Positions 1 through 9,627 of a DNA stretch of 64,000 bases are shown piece after piece. The DNA is from an uncultured bacterium (GTDB lineage Bacteria; Bacillota_I; Bacilli_A; RFN20; CAG-826). The stretch lies in NCBI GenBank assembly GCA_949297305.1, contig CASFSG010000027.1, positions 4,924 to 68,923 on the forward strand, given 5' to 3'. Under the pieces are notes generated by a model, which did no database searches, was not told the DNA's origin, and worked only from the letters and a program-made list of their open reading frames with translations. The position numbers and the translations under genes were made by a program. Numbering within the stretch: the stretch's first letter is position 1; the number at the start of each line of letters is the position of its first letter.

Positions 1-366
1 TTTCCCGGATAAGGCATTAAGATAAACCGCCATCGTGGCTGTTAAAGTTTTACCTTCACCAGTCTTCATCTCCGCCACATCGCCATCATGAAGAACTAAA
101 GCACCCATAATCTGTACTTTGAACGGGAACTGACCTAAAGTTCGTCGAGCGGCCTCTCTAGCCACTGCGAATGCTTCATATTTAATATCATCAAGAGTCG
201 CTCCGTTAATAAGCGCGTCTTTAAAAAATGCGGTTTTGCTTTTTAATTCTTCGTCGCTAAGAGAATGCATTTCATCTTCAAACGCAATGACATGATCTGC
301 CATTCTTGCGTATTTTTTAATTGCTCGTTCGTCGAAACGAAATAATTTTTCAATAAAATTTGACAT
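1..366 (-). CDS. secA: Preprotein translocase subunit SecA, 5' part (runs off the window edge; absent from the ORF track)
   Basis: Manual translation from ATG at 366 gives [26 protein letters not shown]...[35 protein letters not shown], with the SecA Walker A motif [16 protein letters not shown] upstream. Confidence 0.97.
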   Translation of the reverse strand, partial: MSNFIEKLFRFDERAIKKYARMADHVIAFEDEMHSLSDEELKSKTAFFKDALINGATLDDIKYEAFAVAREAARRTLGQFPFKVQIMGALVLHDGDVAEMKTGEGKTLTATMAVYLNALSGK

Positions 367-430
367 TAATATAACCTCGTTTTTATCTAACTGTTGATTA
401 ATTTATTAAATTAAACAACAACTGTCATTA

Positions 431-459
431 ATAGTATTCATTTTGGCCTTTTAAGTCAA
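431..459 (-). promoter_or_regulatory. Sigma-A-type promoter for secA
   Basis: Minus strand TTGACT (454-459), 17-nt spacer, TACTAT (431-436). Confidence 0.5.
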
Positions 460-472
460 CATATAGACAATA

Positions 473-1147
473 TCATTTTACTTGGAACGATTCTTTTCTA
501 TTCTCGTTTCGATATGACAAAAGAAGGATTTTTATCTTTTTTGGTTGAAACTTCTCAATTATCTTAATCATCGCTCTAATTGTTGAGCCAGTTGTATAAA
601 CATCGTCCACCAACAAAATTTTTTTATTCTTTAAATTCTCCTTACCAACATACATTAATTTCTCAATGATTTCTTCGCGTTGCTTTTTGTGTAAGTCGGA
701 TTGCTTGAAACGATGTTTTTTTAAAATGGGGTGATGAACTTCTAAGCCAGCAGTTTTAAATATTTCTACATTTTGATTAAAACCGCGTTCGAGAAAATCG
801 TCAGGATGATATGGGCCTCCTATAACATAATAACCAAAATATTTTAGTTTTATAAAAATGCGAAAATAATCTAAAAAGATTGGGGCTAATTCGATGTCTT
901 TACACCCCTTTAGTAAATATAATTTTTCTTTAATAAAATTGTCATATTCATAAACGGCTAAAGCTCGATATTTATCTATTTTAAAGTTGTAAAATATCGG
1001 ATTACTTTCATAAAAGCATTTAATACAAATGTGTTGTTCGCGATAAATTAAAGAATGAAAAGATTCGCCTTTAATTTCTTGAAAGCAACATTTACAAAAA
1101 GAGGTTTTTGTCGCGAATTTCTTCAATAGATTTTTCAATATCTTCAT
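473..1147 (-). CDS. comFC: ComFC/ComF-family phosphoribosyltransferase-fold competence protein
   Basis: N-terminal Cys motifs (CKCC, CIKC) and PRTase loop ILLVDDVYTTGSTI; follows comFA. Start placed at the ATG at 1147; the ORF track extends to 1189. Confidence 0.88.
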   Translation of the reverse strand: MKILKNLLKKFATKTSFCKCCFQEIKGESFHSLIYREQHICIKCFYESNPIFYNFKIDKYRALAVYEYDNFIKEKLYLLKGCKDIELAPIFLDYFRIFIKLKYFGYYVIGGPYHPDDFLERGFNQNVEIFKTAGLEVHHPILKKHRFKQSDLHKKQREEIIEKLMYVGKENLKNKKILLVDDVYTTGSTIRAMIKIIEKFQPKKIKILLLSYRNENRKESFQVK

Positions 1148-2237
1148 TGACTCTATCAACGAGGAATATGACATCACCACTAGGAGCACTTAGTTTACGC
1201 CCTACTCTCCCAGCAATTTGAATTAGTGTTCTCTTATCATATAAGGAATGATCGGCTTGATAAATAATCACTTGTAAATTAGCTATAGTCACACCCCTTT
1301 CTAAAACCGCTGTTGTAACTAAATATAAATAGCGATTATTCTTAAAATTATCTATGATTTGCGGTCTATTTTCTCTTTTTGAATGCACATATTCGCCGTT
1401 TTTAACAAATAATTTAATTATTTTATAAATGCCCTCACATAACGCAATTGTTGGAACAAAAACGAAAGTAGGTTTATTTTCGTGTTGATATCGTTTTAAT
1501 AATTGAATTAATCGAAATATTTTACTAATTCCTAAATATCTTTCAACCTTAGGAACGGGGAGAGGGTGTTTATGATAACGAGTATTAAGCATTAATATTG
1601 CTTTTGTTTTATCTATTTTAAATTTATTAATTATCGAATCGCTAGGAGTGGCTGACATCATGACATAATGACCTTTTAAAGCGCGAAAAAACATTTTTTC
1701 TAATAACGGATTATCACGATAAGGAAAAGCATCGATTTCATCGATTATTAACAAATCAAAATATTTATTATATCGATATAATTGATGAGTCGTTAAAATA
1801 ATCAAATCGCCGATTAAATCTTCATTATTCCCTCCATAAACCGCTATAACCTTTTCTTTTGGAAAAATGTTTTTAAAACGATGATAAAGTTCAATTACGA
1901 CATCTTTTCTAGGAAGAGCAAAAGCAACATTTTTTCCTAATGATAAGCAATAACTAATTACATCAAAAACAATTTCGGTTTTCCCTGCGCCACAAACTGC
2001 CCACACTAAAGTATCAATGTTGTTTTTATAGTTCGTAGTGATTTTATTTGCTAAATCTTTTTGTTCTTCGCTTAACGAATAATTGATAGATATATTTACT
2101 AAACTAGGTGTTCGTTTATATTCACTGGCTTCTTTGCCATTAAAAGAAATACAATAACGACAATAAGGTTTACCATTTAGATAACCAATATATTTAGGAT
2201 TGCTATTTTGACAAATCGGACAAATAAAATCACCCAT
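1092..2237 (-). CDS. comFA: ComFA-family SF2 helicase/ATPase
   Basis: Zn finger CPIC...CRYC, Walker A AVCGAGKT, DEID, SAT, TTAVLERGVT and QIAGRVGRK motifs. Confidence 0.92.
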   Translation of the reverse strand: MGDFICPICQNSNPKYIGYLNGKPYCRYCISFNGKEASEYKRTPSLVNISINYSLSEEQKDLANKITTNYKNNIDTLVWAVCGAGKTEIVFDVISYCLSLGKNVAFALPRKDVVIELYHRFKNIFPKEKVIAVYGGNNEDLIGDLIILTTHQLYRYNKYFDLLIIDEIDAFPYRDNPLLEKMFFRALKGHYVMMSATPSDSIINKFKIDKTKAILMLNTRYHKHPLPVPKVERYLGISKIFRLIQLLKRYQHENKPTFVFVPTIALCEGIYKIIKLFVKNGEYVHSKRENRPQIIDNFKNNRYLYLVTTAVLERGVTIANLQVIIYQADHSLYDKRTLIQIAGRVGRKLSAPSGDVIFLVDRVNEDIEKSIEEIRDKNLFL

Positions 2238-2289
2238 ACTATTTATATAGGTGATAATGAATTAAAATGTCCGCAAAAATATAATTTTT

Positions 2290-2715
2290 TTATTCGAAAA
2301 GGTCGATACGTCTTTGGTGACGCCCGCCATCAAAAGTAGCTTCTAGAAAAATATCGATGCGACGAATAATATCTTCGAGTTCCATAAAATCAGCCCCAAA
2401 CGAAATCATATTAGCGTCGTTATGATGACGCATTAAAGAGGAAACCTTATCGTTATAAGCTAGGCCACATCTAACGCCCTTTACTTTATTTGCAACCATC
2501 ATAACACCTTCGCCGCTCGAGCAAATTAAAATACCGAAGTCGAATTCTTTGCTAGCGACTTTTTGAGCCGCGTTCTTAGCGTAAATTGGATAATCACACG
2601 AGGCATCGGAATAAGTGCCTTCGTCATGAACGATATGTCCTCGATCTTCGAGGTGTTTAATAATTGCTGGTTTAATTAAATAACCATGATTGTCGCTCGC
2701 TATAATAATTTTCAT
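2290..2715 (-). CDS. rpiB: Ribose-5-phosphate isomerase B (RpiB/LacA/LacB family)
   Basis: IIIASDNHG, DYP, GILICSSGEG, ANKVKGVRC, HNDANM, FDGGRHQRRI motifs; Bacilli synteny after prmC and tsaC. Confidence 0.93.
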   Translation of the reverse strand: MKIIIASDNHGYLIKPAIIKHLEDRGHIVHDEGTYSDASCDYPIYAKNAAQKVASKEFDFGILICSSGEGVMMVANKVKGVRCGLAYNDKVSSLMRHHNDANMISFGADFMELEDIIRRIDIFLEATFDGGRHQRRIDLFE

Positions 2716-3341
2716 CTCTCTAATTTCCTCCCAATAACGTTTTCAATATCAGCTTTTTTTATTTTGCCTTCCCTTAATATTTTTATTTTATCATAGGCTT
2801 GTAAAATAGTTGTTGGAGTTTGTGTCATTACTTCATTCTTTTTAATAATATAAGTAACTTCATTAGCAAATTCGTTTTCTAGTTCAGTTTCATTATTTAT
2901 TGGAGCTTGACCATGTCGGTTAGCAGAGGGCACTAATAAGGGCTTACCTAAATCATTAATAATTTGCCTAGTCAACAAAGTAGATGGAATTCTAATACCA
3001 ATCGAACCATCAGTCTCGTTTTTAGCCCAGCTTGGAAGATTATCTTTACCTTTTAAAATAATTGTCAATTGACCTGGCAAAATATTTTGAACAATTTTTT
3101 TTGCATCATCATTTAAAAAAGCAAATTTCTCAATTTCATTAACGCTCCCTAACATTAAAGAATAGGGTTGTTTAGGAGGTCTTCTTTTAATTTTATTTAA
3201 TTTTTCATATGCTTGAAAATTATCATAAACGATTGCTAGACCATAAACCGTCTCGGTAGGTATGGCAATAACCTCGCCTTTTTTAAAAGAATTTATGACA
3301 TCTTCTTTTTCTGAATTATATTCGACTATTTTACTCATCAA
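2712..3341 (-). CDS. tsaC: L-threonylcarbamoyladenylate synthase (YrdC/TsaC domain only, no SUA5 C-terminal domain)
   Basis: IPTETVYGL, KRRP, GIRIP and PSANRHG motifs; 209 aa. Confidence 0.93.
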   Translation of the reverse strand: MMSKIVEYNSEKEDVINSFKKGEVIAIPTETVYGLAIVYDNFQAYEKLNKIKRRPPKQPYSLMLGSVNEIEKFAFLNDDAKKIVQNILPGQLTIILKGKDNLPSWAKNETDGSIGIRIPSTLLTRQIINDLGKPLLVPSANRHGQAPINNETELENEFANEVTYIIKKNEVMTQTPTTILQAYDKIKILREGKIKKADIENVIGRKLER

Positions 3342-4176
3342 TTCTCACCACCAATATGCGATCTTTTTTATTGATATCTTGTAAGAAAATATAAGAAAAA
3401 TTTGGATAATTTTCTATTAGCATTTTCCTTAATAACTCCTTCGTATCATAGCCAATTTCCATCACAATTAATAATTTATTCTTTTTTATTTTTAAAGCAT
3501 TATCAAAAATTTTTTTATAAACATATAATGGTTCTCTATCAATTAAAAAATGTCTTTTTTCATAGTTAATAACACTCTGGTCAATTTCGTTTTCATGCAA
3601 AATATAAGGCGGATTAGATAAAATAAGGTCAACTTTTCTTCGATTATTAATCAATGGACCTAATACATCACCTTGATAAAATGTTGCTGTTATAGAATTT
3701 TTTTTGGCATTAATTCTTGCGACATCTAATGTCTTAGCATCAATATCAATCATCACGATATCTTGAGTAGGATAAAGTTTAGAAAAAGCGATTGATAATG
3801 CACCTGATCCAGAACAAATATCAGCAATTTCAATGGGTCTATTTTTAAAAATTTCTTTAGCGAATTTGACAGCAATTAAGACTACCTCTTCACTTTCAAC
3901 TCGCGGAATTAAAACGCGATTATCCACATAATATTTCTCTCCTAAAAACGGACATTCGTTAAGAATATATTCTAGCGGTTCGCCTTGTAAGAATCGATTA
4001 AAATATGAAGTAAATAACCGCAAATCAGCAATATTTTCATCTGCTCGAAGATAAAACTCAGCATCTGAATTTATTCCATTAATATGCATTAAAATTTTGC
4101 GAATATAGTAGGCACAGTTATCCTTATGGTGCAAACTATTAATAGTATTATTGTATATGTCAATCAAAGTTGCCAT
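3331..4176 (-). CDS. prmC: Release factor glutamine methyltransferase PrmC/HemK
   Basis: GEPLEYI, VLIPRVESE, DICSGSGA and SNPPY motifs; directly after prfA. Confidence 0.95.
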   Translation of the reverse strand: MATLIDIYNNTINSLHHKDNCAYYIRKILMHINGINSDAEFYLRADENIADLRLFTSYFNRFLQGEPLEYILNECPFLGEKYYVDNRVLIPRVESEEVVLIAVKFAKEIFKNRPIEIADICSGSGALSIAFSKLYPTQDIVMIDIDAKTLDVARINAKKNSITATFYQGDVLGPLINNRRKVDLILSNPPYILHENEIDQSVINYEKRHFLIDREPLYVYKKIFDNALKIKKNKLLIVMEIGYDTKELLRKMLIENYPNFSYIFLQDINKKDRILVVRIDE

Positions 4177-5240
4177 TATTCTTGGCCTAACATTTTCTGC
4201 TCTTGATCATAGTGAATCAAAGCGTCGATAACTTCATCTAAATCCCCTTCCATAATTCCTTCTAGATTATGAGAAGTAAAACCAACGCGATGATCAGTTA
4301 CACGTTTTTGAGGATAATTATAAGTTCGAATTTTTTCGCTGCGTTCACCGGTGCCAACTTTTAGTTTTCTTTCACTTCCAACTTTTTCATTTTGTTCTTC
4401 TAAAAGTTTTTGATAAATCTTAGCTCTTAACATTTGCAAACAAATTTCACGATTTTGGATTTGGGATTTTTCAGTTTGACAAGAGACGACAATACCAGTT
4501 GGGATATGAGTCATTCTCACAGCCGACTCCGTCTTATTAACATTTTGACCACCCGCTCCTTGTGAACGATATGTATCAACTGAAATGTCATCCATTTTTA
4601 AGTCCACCTCAATCGCATCGACTTCCGGCATGGTTAATACTGTTGCAACCGATGTATGAATGCGCCCACCAGCTTCGGTTTTAGGAACTCTTTGAACGCG
4701 ATGACCACCGCTTTCAAATTTTAAGCGCGAATAAACATTATCGCCTTTAATTGAGAATGCAACAAAGGAAAAACCACCTGCGCTAGAAGGACTTTCATCA
4801 AGCAATTTAACTTTCCATCCTTGTCGTTCAGCGTATTTGATATACATCCTAAATAAATCACCAGCGAAAATATTGGCTTCATCGCCGCCAACCGCACCAC
4901 GAATTTCAACGATGATATTTTTTTCATCGTTAGGATCCTTGGGGAGAAGTAGAATTTTCAGTTCGTCTAAAATTCGATTAATCTCTTGTTCGAGGCGATG
5001 ATGTTCTTCTTTTGCTAGCGAAGCAATTTCTTCATCGTCATCTTGACTCATCAAAATCGCTTCTTCTAATTCGTCTTTTAATTTTAGATATATATCATAA
5101 TTATGCACGATGGGTTCAAGATTAGATTGTTCTTTGCTCAAAGCGCGAAATTTATTCATGTCTTTCGTGACACTTTCTTCTAATAATTCTTTTTCAATTT
5201 CTTGATAACGTTCCTTGGTTACTTCCAAGCGTGAAAGCAT
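4176..5240 (-). CDS. prfA: Peptide chain release factor 1
   Basis: GGQ motif (GAGGQNVNKTESAVR), HRVQRVPKT (PxT specificity motif), RTYNYPQKRVTDHR. Start at 5240 has GGAG upstream; an alternative ATG lies at 5252. Confidence 0.98.
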   Translation of the reverse strand: MLSRLEVTKERYQEIEKELLEESVTKDMNKFRALSKEQSNLEPIVHNYDIYLKLKDELEEAILMSQDDDEEIASLAKEEHHRLEQEINRILDELKILLLPKDPNDEKNIIVEIRGAVGGDEANIFAGDLFRMYIKYAERQGWKVKLLDESPSSAGGFSFVAFSIKGDNVYSRLKFESGGHRVQRVPKTEAGGRIHTSVATVLTMPEVDAIEVDLKMDDISVDTYRSQGAGGQNVNKTESAVRMTHIPTGIVVSCQTEKSQIQNREICLQMLRAKIYQKLLEEQNEKVGSERKLKVGTGERSEKIRTYNYPQKRVTDHRVGFTSHNLEGIMEGDLDEVIDALIHYDQEQKMLGQE

Positions 5241-5408
5241 ACTATTCTCCATATGTAAAAATATTAGCACATTTTTCTACATTGTGCTCTTAACTCTCTA
5301 CTAAATTCTAACTTTATAAATATTTATTCGATTAATTCTTAATTCAAAAATTTTTTCGCTACTCGCTCTTTATAGAGCGCCTTAAAAAAGCTATAATCAC
5401 ATTTAGTT

Positions 5409-7130
5409 ATGGCATACAAAGCATTATATCGGACATATCGTCCTAAAACTTTCCTAGAAGTTGCTGGTCAAGAACATATTGTTAAAACATTAACAAATGC
5501 TTTAAAAACTAACAAGATTGCCCACGCTTATCTTTTCAGCGGACCGCGTGGAACAGGCAAAACGACAATGGCAAGGCTCTTTGCCAAGGCTCTCAATTGT
5601 TTAGAAGGCGTTGGACATCAATGCAATCATTGTTCTAACTGCAACGAAATCGATGAAGGAATACATCCTGATGTTGTCGAAATAGACGCTGCAAGCAATA
5701 ATGGAATTGATCAAGTTAGAGATTTAATCGAAAAAGTAAACTATTCTCCAATCGAGGGTCGCTATAAAGTTTATATAATTGACGAAGTTCATAACATGTC
5801 AGATAACGCTTTTAACGCCCTATTAAAAACGCTAGAGGAACCTCCGGAACATGTCGTATTTATTTTAGCTACTACCGAGCCATACAACATCCTCCCAACA
5901 ATCATTTCGCGTTGCCAAAGATATGATTTTTCAAAAGTTAGTGATGAAAATATTTACCGTAAACTTACCGAGATTTTAGAAAAAGAAGGTGTCGATTATG
6001 ACGATGAGGCGGTTAAAGCATTAGTCTCTTTAGCCGATGGCGGGCTGCGCGACGCCTTATCAATGCTAGACCAAATTTTAGCCTATTCTAACAAGACATT
6101 AATCGAGGAAGATGTCTATATGTTATTCGGATTAGCAAGCAAAGAAGAAAAGATTGATTTTCTTAAAGCTATCCAAAAACATGACACCATTTTAACGATT
6201 TCTAAAATTGAAAATTTCTCATTATTAGGAATTGATTTTAAAAGATTGGTTGGTGATTTGCTGGAGATTTTAAAAGATATCTTGATTTATAAAAATTCTA
6301 AATCGAACGATTATTTAACAATTTTAAATGATGGAGAGGCTCGTGATTTATCTAAACTATTCTCTCATAAGGATATCAATTTTTTAATTAGTGAATTATT
6401 AAAAGAGCAGGCACAATTTAGATTTGTTAGTAATGTTAAAACATTCTTTGAACTAGTCGCTTTAAAACTATGCAATAATGATGATAAATCTCTTAAAGAG
6501 GAGCTAGTTATAAAAGAGGAACAAGATAACATTAGCTCAACAATTGATAAACCAAAAGAAACAATAATTGTTAAAGAAGAAACTAAGATGGATGTTATAA
6601 CCAAAGAGGAGAAAACTGAAGAAAAACCTTTGTCGACTAAAGAAGAAAATACTATCGCACCTCCTAGTTGGTTATTTGAAGATAATGATGATACATCAAT
6701 CGTTGATAATTTAAGCGATGAAAAGAATGTCTTAAATGATGAAGATATTTTAACTATTATGGTTCATGCCTCAAAAGACGAACGTCTAAAGTTAGAAACT
6801 GAGTGGAAGAAATTGTCTTCATTTATTGCCGATCCTAAAATCGGACGCGCGGCAGCTTTATTAAACGATGGCCACCCCTTCATTCTTTCAAAAGATGTTT
6901 TAGTTCTCATTTACGATTTCCCTAAACTCGCTGATAAAGTTAATTTAGTTTCCAATCAAAAAAGTTTAAATACTATTTTAAAGAAAATGTTGGGGCACTC
7001 TTTGGGGGTTTATGCCATTTCGCGTAGCGAATCAATTCGCTTAAGAAAAGTCTTTTTTAATCTAAGGCAAATTAATCAATTACCTGACATAAATAAGGTA
7101 AAGTTCGATAAAAATAAATTGAAAGGATAA
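5409..7130 (+). CDS. dnaX: DNA polymerase III subunit gamma/tau
   Basis: LYRTYRP, GPRGTGKTT, four-Cys Zn module, EIDAASNNG, DEVH, ALLKTLEEPP, SRCQ. Confidence 0.98.
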   Translation: MAYKALYRTYRPKTFLEVAGQEHIVKTLTNALKTNKIAHAYLFSGPRGTGKTTMARLFAKALNCLEGVGHQCNHCSNCNEIDEGIHPDVVEIDAASNNGIDQVRDLIEKVNYSPIEGRYKVYIIDEVHNMSDNAFNALLKTLEEPPEHVVFILATTEPYNILPTIISRCQRYDFSKVSDENIYRKLTEILEKEGVDYDDEAVKALVSLADGGLRDALSMLDQILAYSNKTLIEEDVYMLFGLASKEEKIDFLKAIQKHDTILTISKIENFSLLGIDFKRLVGDLLEILKDILIYKNSKSNDYLTILNDGEARDLSKLFSHKDINFLISELLKEQAQFRFVSNVKTFFELVALKLCNNDDKSLKEELVIKEEQDNISSTIDKPKETIIVKEETKMDVITKEEKTEEKPLSTKEENTIAPPSWLFEDNDDTSIVDNLSDEKNVLNDEDILTIMVHASKDERLKLETEWKKLSSFIADPKIGRAAALLNDGHPFILSKDVLVLIYDFPKLADKVNLVSNQKSLNTILKKMLGHSLGVYAISRSESIRLRKVFFNLRQINQLPDINKVKFDKNKLKG

Positions 7131-7135
7131 TCAAA

Positions 7136-7435
7136 ATGAATTTACAACAAATGATGATGCAAGCACAAAAAATGCAACGTGAACTTAAAAAGGCTAATGA
7201 TGCTTTAGCAACCGAAGAGTTTGCCATCACTAAAGGTGGCGCAGTTATGGTCAAAATGCTTGGCAATAAAAGAGTTTTAGAAGTAAACATCGATAAAGAT
7301 GCTTTAAGCGAAGACAATAAAGAGATGCTCGAAGAATTAATTATGATGGCCATAAATGAATTAATTGAAGAAATATCGCAAAAAGAAACTGAAATGCAAG
7401 AAAGGATAACTGGTCGTGCTGGACCATTGTTTTAA
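7136..7435 (+). CDS. ybaB: Nucleoid-associated protein, YbaB/EbfC family
   Basis: MNLQQMMMQAQKMQ...GGAVMVKMLG; lies between dnaX and recR. Confidence 0.93.
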   Translation: MNLQQMMMQAQKMQRELKKANDALATEEFAITKGGAVMVKMLGNKRVLEVNIDKDALSEDNKEMLEELIMMAINELIEEISQKETEMQERITGRAGPLF

Positions 7436-8034
7436 TGGAAGATTTAAAAAGTGTTGAAAAATTAATTGAATATTTCCACCGCTTGCCTTCGATCGGGCGA
7501 AAAAGCGCTGAAAGGCTCGCGTATGCGATTTTAGAAATGGACGAAGAAAGCGTCAATAATTTCGCTGATGCTTTAATTGAGGTTAAGAATAAAGTCCATC
7601 ATTGTCCAAAGTGTGGCTTATATACCGAAGACAAAATTTGTGAAATATGTTCAGATAACAATCGCTCTAGTCAGGAATTAATTGTCGTTAGTAATCCTAA
7701 TGACATTATTCCTTTTGAAAAACTCCAAACTTTTAATGGAAGATATCATTCTTTAAATGGAGTAATTTCGCCTAGTAAAGATATTGGTCCAGAAAAGTTA
7801 AACATCGATTCGTTAATAGAAAGAATAAAAAACGAGGGTGTCGAAGAAATTATTTTAGCAACCGACCCAACAATTGAAGGAGAAACAACAGCCTTATATC
7901 TAGCGAAATTAATCGCTCCATTAAATAAAAAAGTATCACGCCTAGCTTATGGCTTACCAATGGGAGGCTCTTTAGAATACGCTGATCCCTTAACATTAAT
8001 AAAATCGCTCGAAGGAAGAAAGAAGGTGGAATGA
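7435..8034 (+). CDS. recR: Recombination mediator RecR
   Basis: HhH motif LPSIGRKSAERLA, C4 Zn finger CPKC...CEIC, Toprim ATDPTIEGETTA, RLAYGLPMGG. Confidence 0.98.
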   Translation: MEDLKSVEKLIEYFHRLPSIGRKSAERLAYAILEMDEESVNNFADALIEVKNKVHHCPKCGLYTEDKICEICSDNNRSSQELIVVSNPNDIIPFEKLQTFNGRYHSLNGVISPSKDIGPEKLNIDSLIERIKNEGVEEIILATDPTIEGETTALYLAKLIAPLNKKVSRLAYGLPMGGSLEYADPLTLIKSLEGRKKVE

Positions 8035-8654
8035 TGTTTGTAACATTTGAAGGACCAGAAGGAAGCGGTAAATCGACGGTCGCTAAATACTTATATCAAA
8101 GATTTTTCAATGAAGGAAAATCGGTCATCTTAACAAGAGAACCAGGCGGCACTCCTATCGCCGAAGAGATTCGCAATGTTATTCTCGATAAAAATAATAT
8201 TCAAATGGATCCAATTACGGAAGCCTTATTATATGCCGCTAGTCGAAGACAACATCTAGTGGAAAAAGTATGGCCGGCCTTAAAAGAAAATAAACTCGTT
8301 CTTTGCGATCGTTTTTTAGATTCGTCGCTAGCCTATCAAGGCGGAGCAAGAGATTTAGGAGTAGAAAAAGTTTTAAATATCAATCTAGCGGCCACAGAAG
8401 GCTTTTTTCCAGACTTAACCCTTTATTTTGATATCAATCCAGAACTAGGGCTAAATCGCATCAAGAAAAACGTAACGCGCGAAGTGAATCGCTTAGATTT
8501 AGAAAAGTTGGAATTTCATCAAAAAGTCCGCAAAACCTTTCTTTTTTTAGCGGAACAATATAAAGATAGATATGTAATTATCGACGCTAGTAAGCCTTTA
8601 GAAGAAGTAGAAACACTCGCCTATAATACAATTATCAAGCGCTTAAAGAAGTGA
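8031..8654 (+). CDS. tmk: Thymidylate kinase
   Basis: FEGPEGSGKST, TREPGGT, DRFLDSSLAYQG. Confidence 0.98.
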   Translation: MMFVTFEGPEGSGKSTVAKYLYQRFFNEGKSVILTREPGGTPIAEEIRNVILDKNNIQMDPITEALLYAASRRQHLVEKVWPALKENKLVLCDRFLDSSLAYQGGARDLGVEKVLNINLAATEGFFPDLTLYFDINPELGLNRIKKNVTREVNRLDLEKLEFHQKVRKTFLFLAEQYKDRYVIIDASKPLEEVETLAYNTIIKRLKK

Positions 8655-9619
8655 ATATTAAGGACAATTTAATTAAATATCAACCAAGCGTTTATCAAAC
8701 ATTGCTAAACGCTAAAAAGAATAATCGTTTTTCGCACGCTTATTTATTAAGTGCTTCTTACGGCATGCCTTTAATTGATTTTGCTATCTATATCGCTCAA
8801 TCAATTTTATGTGATAATGGTAACCCTCTCGCTTGTTTAAATTGTATAACCTGCTTAAGAATCGCAGAAAAAAATTACGCTGATTTGCTCATCGAAGATG
8901 GCAGTAAAGAAAAAATTAAAAAGCAACAGATTGATAATATTGAACGTGCTTTTGTTAAAACAGCTTTAGAAAATAAGGGTAAAATGATTTATATCCTTCA
9001 CTTAGTTGAAAACGCAACTCCGATTGCTTTAAATTCCTTATTAAAGTTTTTAGAAGAGCCAAACCAAAATGTTTATGCCATCTTAACGACATATAACGAG
9101 AATAAAGTTTTACCGACGATTTTATCGAGGACACAAATTTTACATTTATCCCCAATCCCACGCTTAGATGTCATTAATCATGCCATAAATAACGGTGTCG
9201 CTATTGAAGACGCTGAACTACTTTCTAGCATCTATAACGATGATGAAAATTTAAAAGACTTTTCCTCTAGCGAAACATATAAAAAAATAAAAAGTTTATT
9301 GCTCGAATTTTTGGAAGAGTTTATTAGTAATAAAGACTATGGCAATTTCATCATGGAAAAGAAGATTATTCCTCAGATTAAAAGTTATGAACAAGTGGAA
9401 ATATTTTTCGACTTATTATTAGACTTTCTTTATAATCTAATGCTTAAAAAAATTTATCAAGAAATTGTTTTAAAAAGTTATGTTAAAATTATAGATGGTT
9501 TAGAAAATACAATTATTAACCCACAAAAAACTTTTTTAGAAATCTTAGAGGCAAAAAAGGCAATTGATATCAATATCAATATTCCTCTCTTGTTTGATCA
9601 TCTATTAAAAATACTTTAG
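8651..9619 (+). CDS. holB: DNA polymerase III delta' subunit
   Basis: SHAYL, Cys cluster (C...CLNCITC), NSLLKFLEEP, LPTILSR; tmk-holB-ricT synteny. GTG start. Confidence 0.92.
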   Translation: MNIKDNLIKYQPSVYQTLLNAKKNNRFSHAYLLSASYGMPLIDFAIYIAQSILCDNGNPLACLNCITCLRIAEKNYADLLIEDGSKEKIKKQQIDNIERAFVKTALENKGKMIYILHLVENATPIALNSLLKFLEEPNQNVYAILTTYNENKVLPTILSRTQILHLSPIPRLDVINHAINNGVAIEDAELLSSIYNDDENLKDFSSSETYKKIKSLLLEFLEEFISNKDYGNFIMEKKIIPQIKSYEQVEIFFDLLLDFLYNLMLKKIYQEIVLKSYVKIIDGLENTIINPQKTFLEILEAKKAIDININIPLLFDHLLKIL

Positions 9620-9627
9620 GAGAAAAT

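Noticed and set aside
6470-6740. Low-complexity Glu/Lys-rich stretch in dnaX as a possible programmed frameshift or repeat
   Set aside because: This is the usual flexible linker of tau; I found no clear slippery heptamer with a downstream hairpin and nearby out-of-frame stop.
5409-8654. Alternative genetic code (AGG=Met or CGG=Trp/Gln as reported in some uncultured Bacilli and Clostridia; TGA=Trp as in mycoplasmas)
   Set aside because: AGG at 5574-5576 and CGG at 5430-5432 fall on conserved Arg positions of DnaX (TTMAR, LYRxYRP). TGA ends recR, tmk and the nuclease at expected lengths, and conserved Trp residues use TGG. This is a spot check, not a full Codetta run.
8651-9619. Missing Walker A motif in holB as a sign of pseudogenisation
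   Set aside because: Delta' is normally a catalytically inactive AAA+ subunit; the ORF is full length and syntenic.
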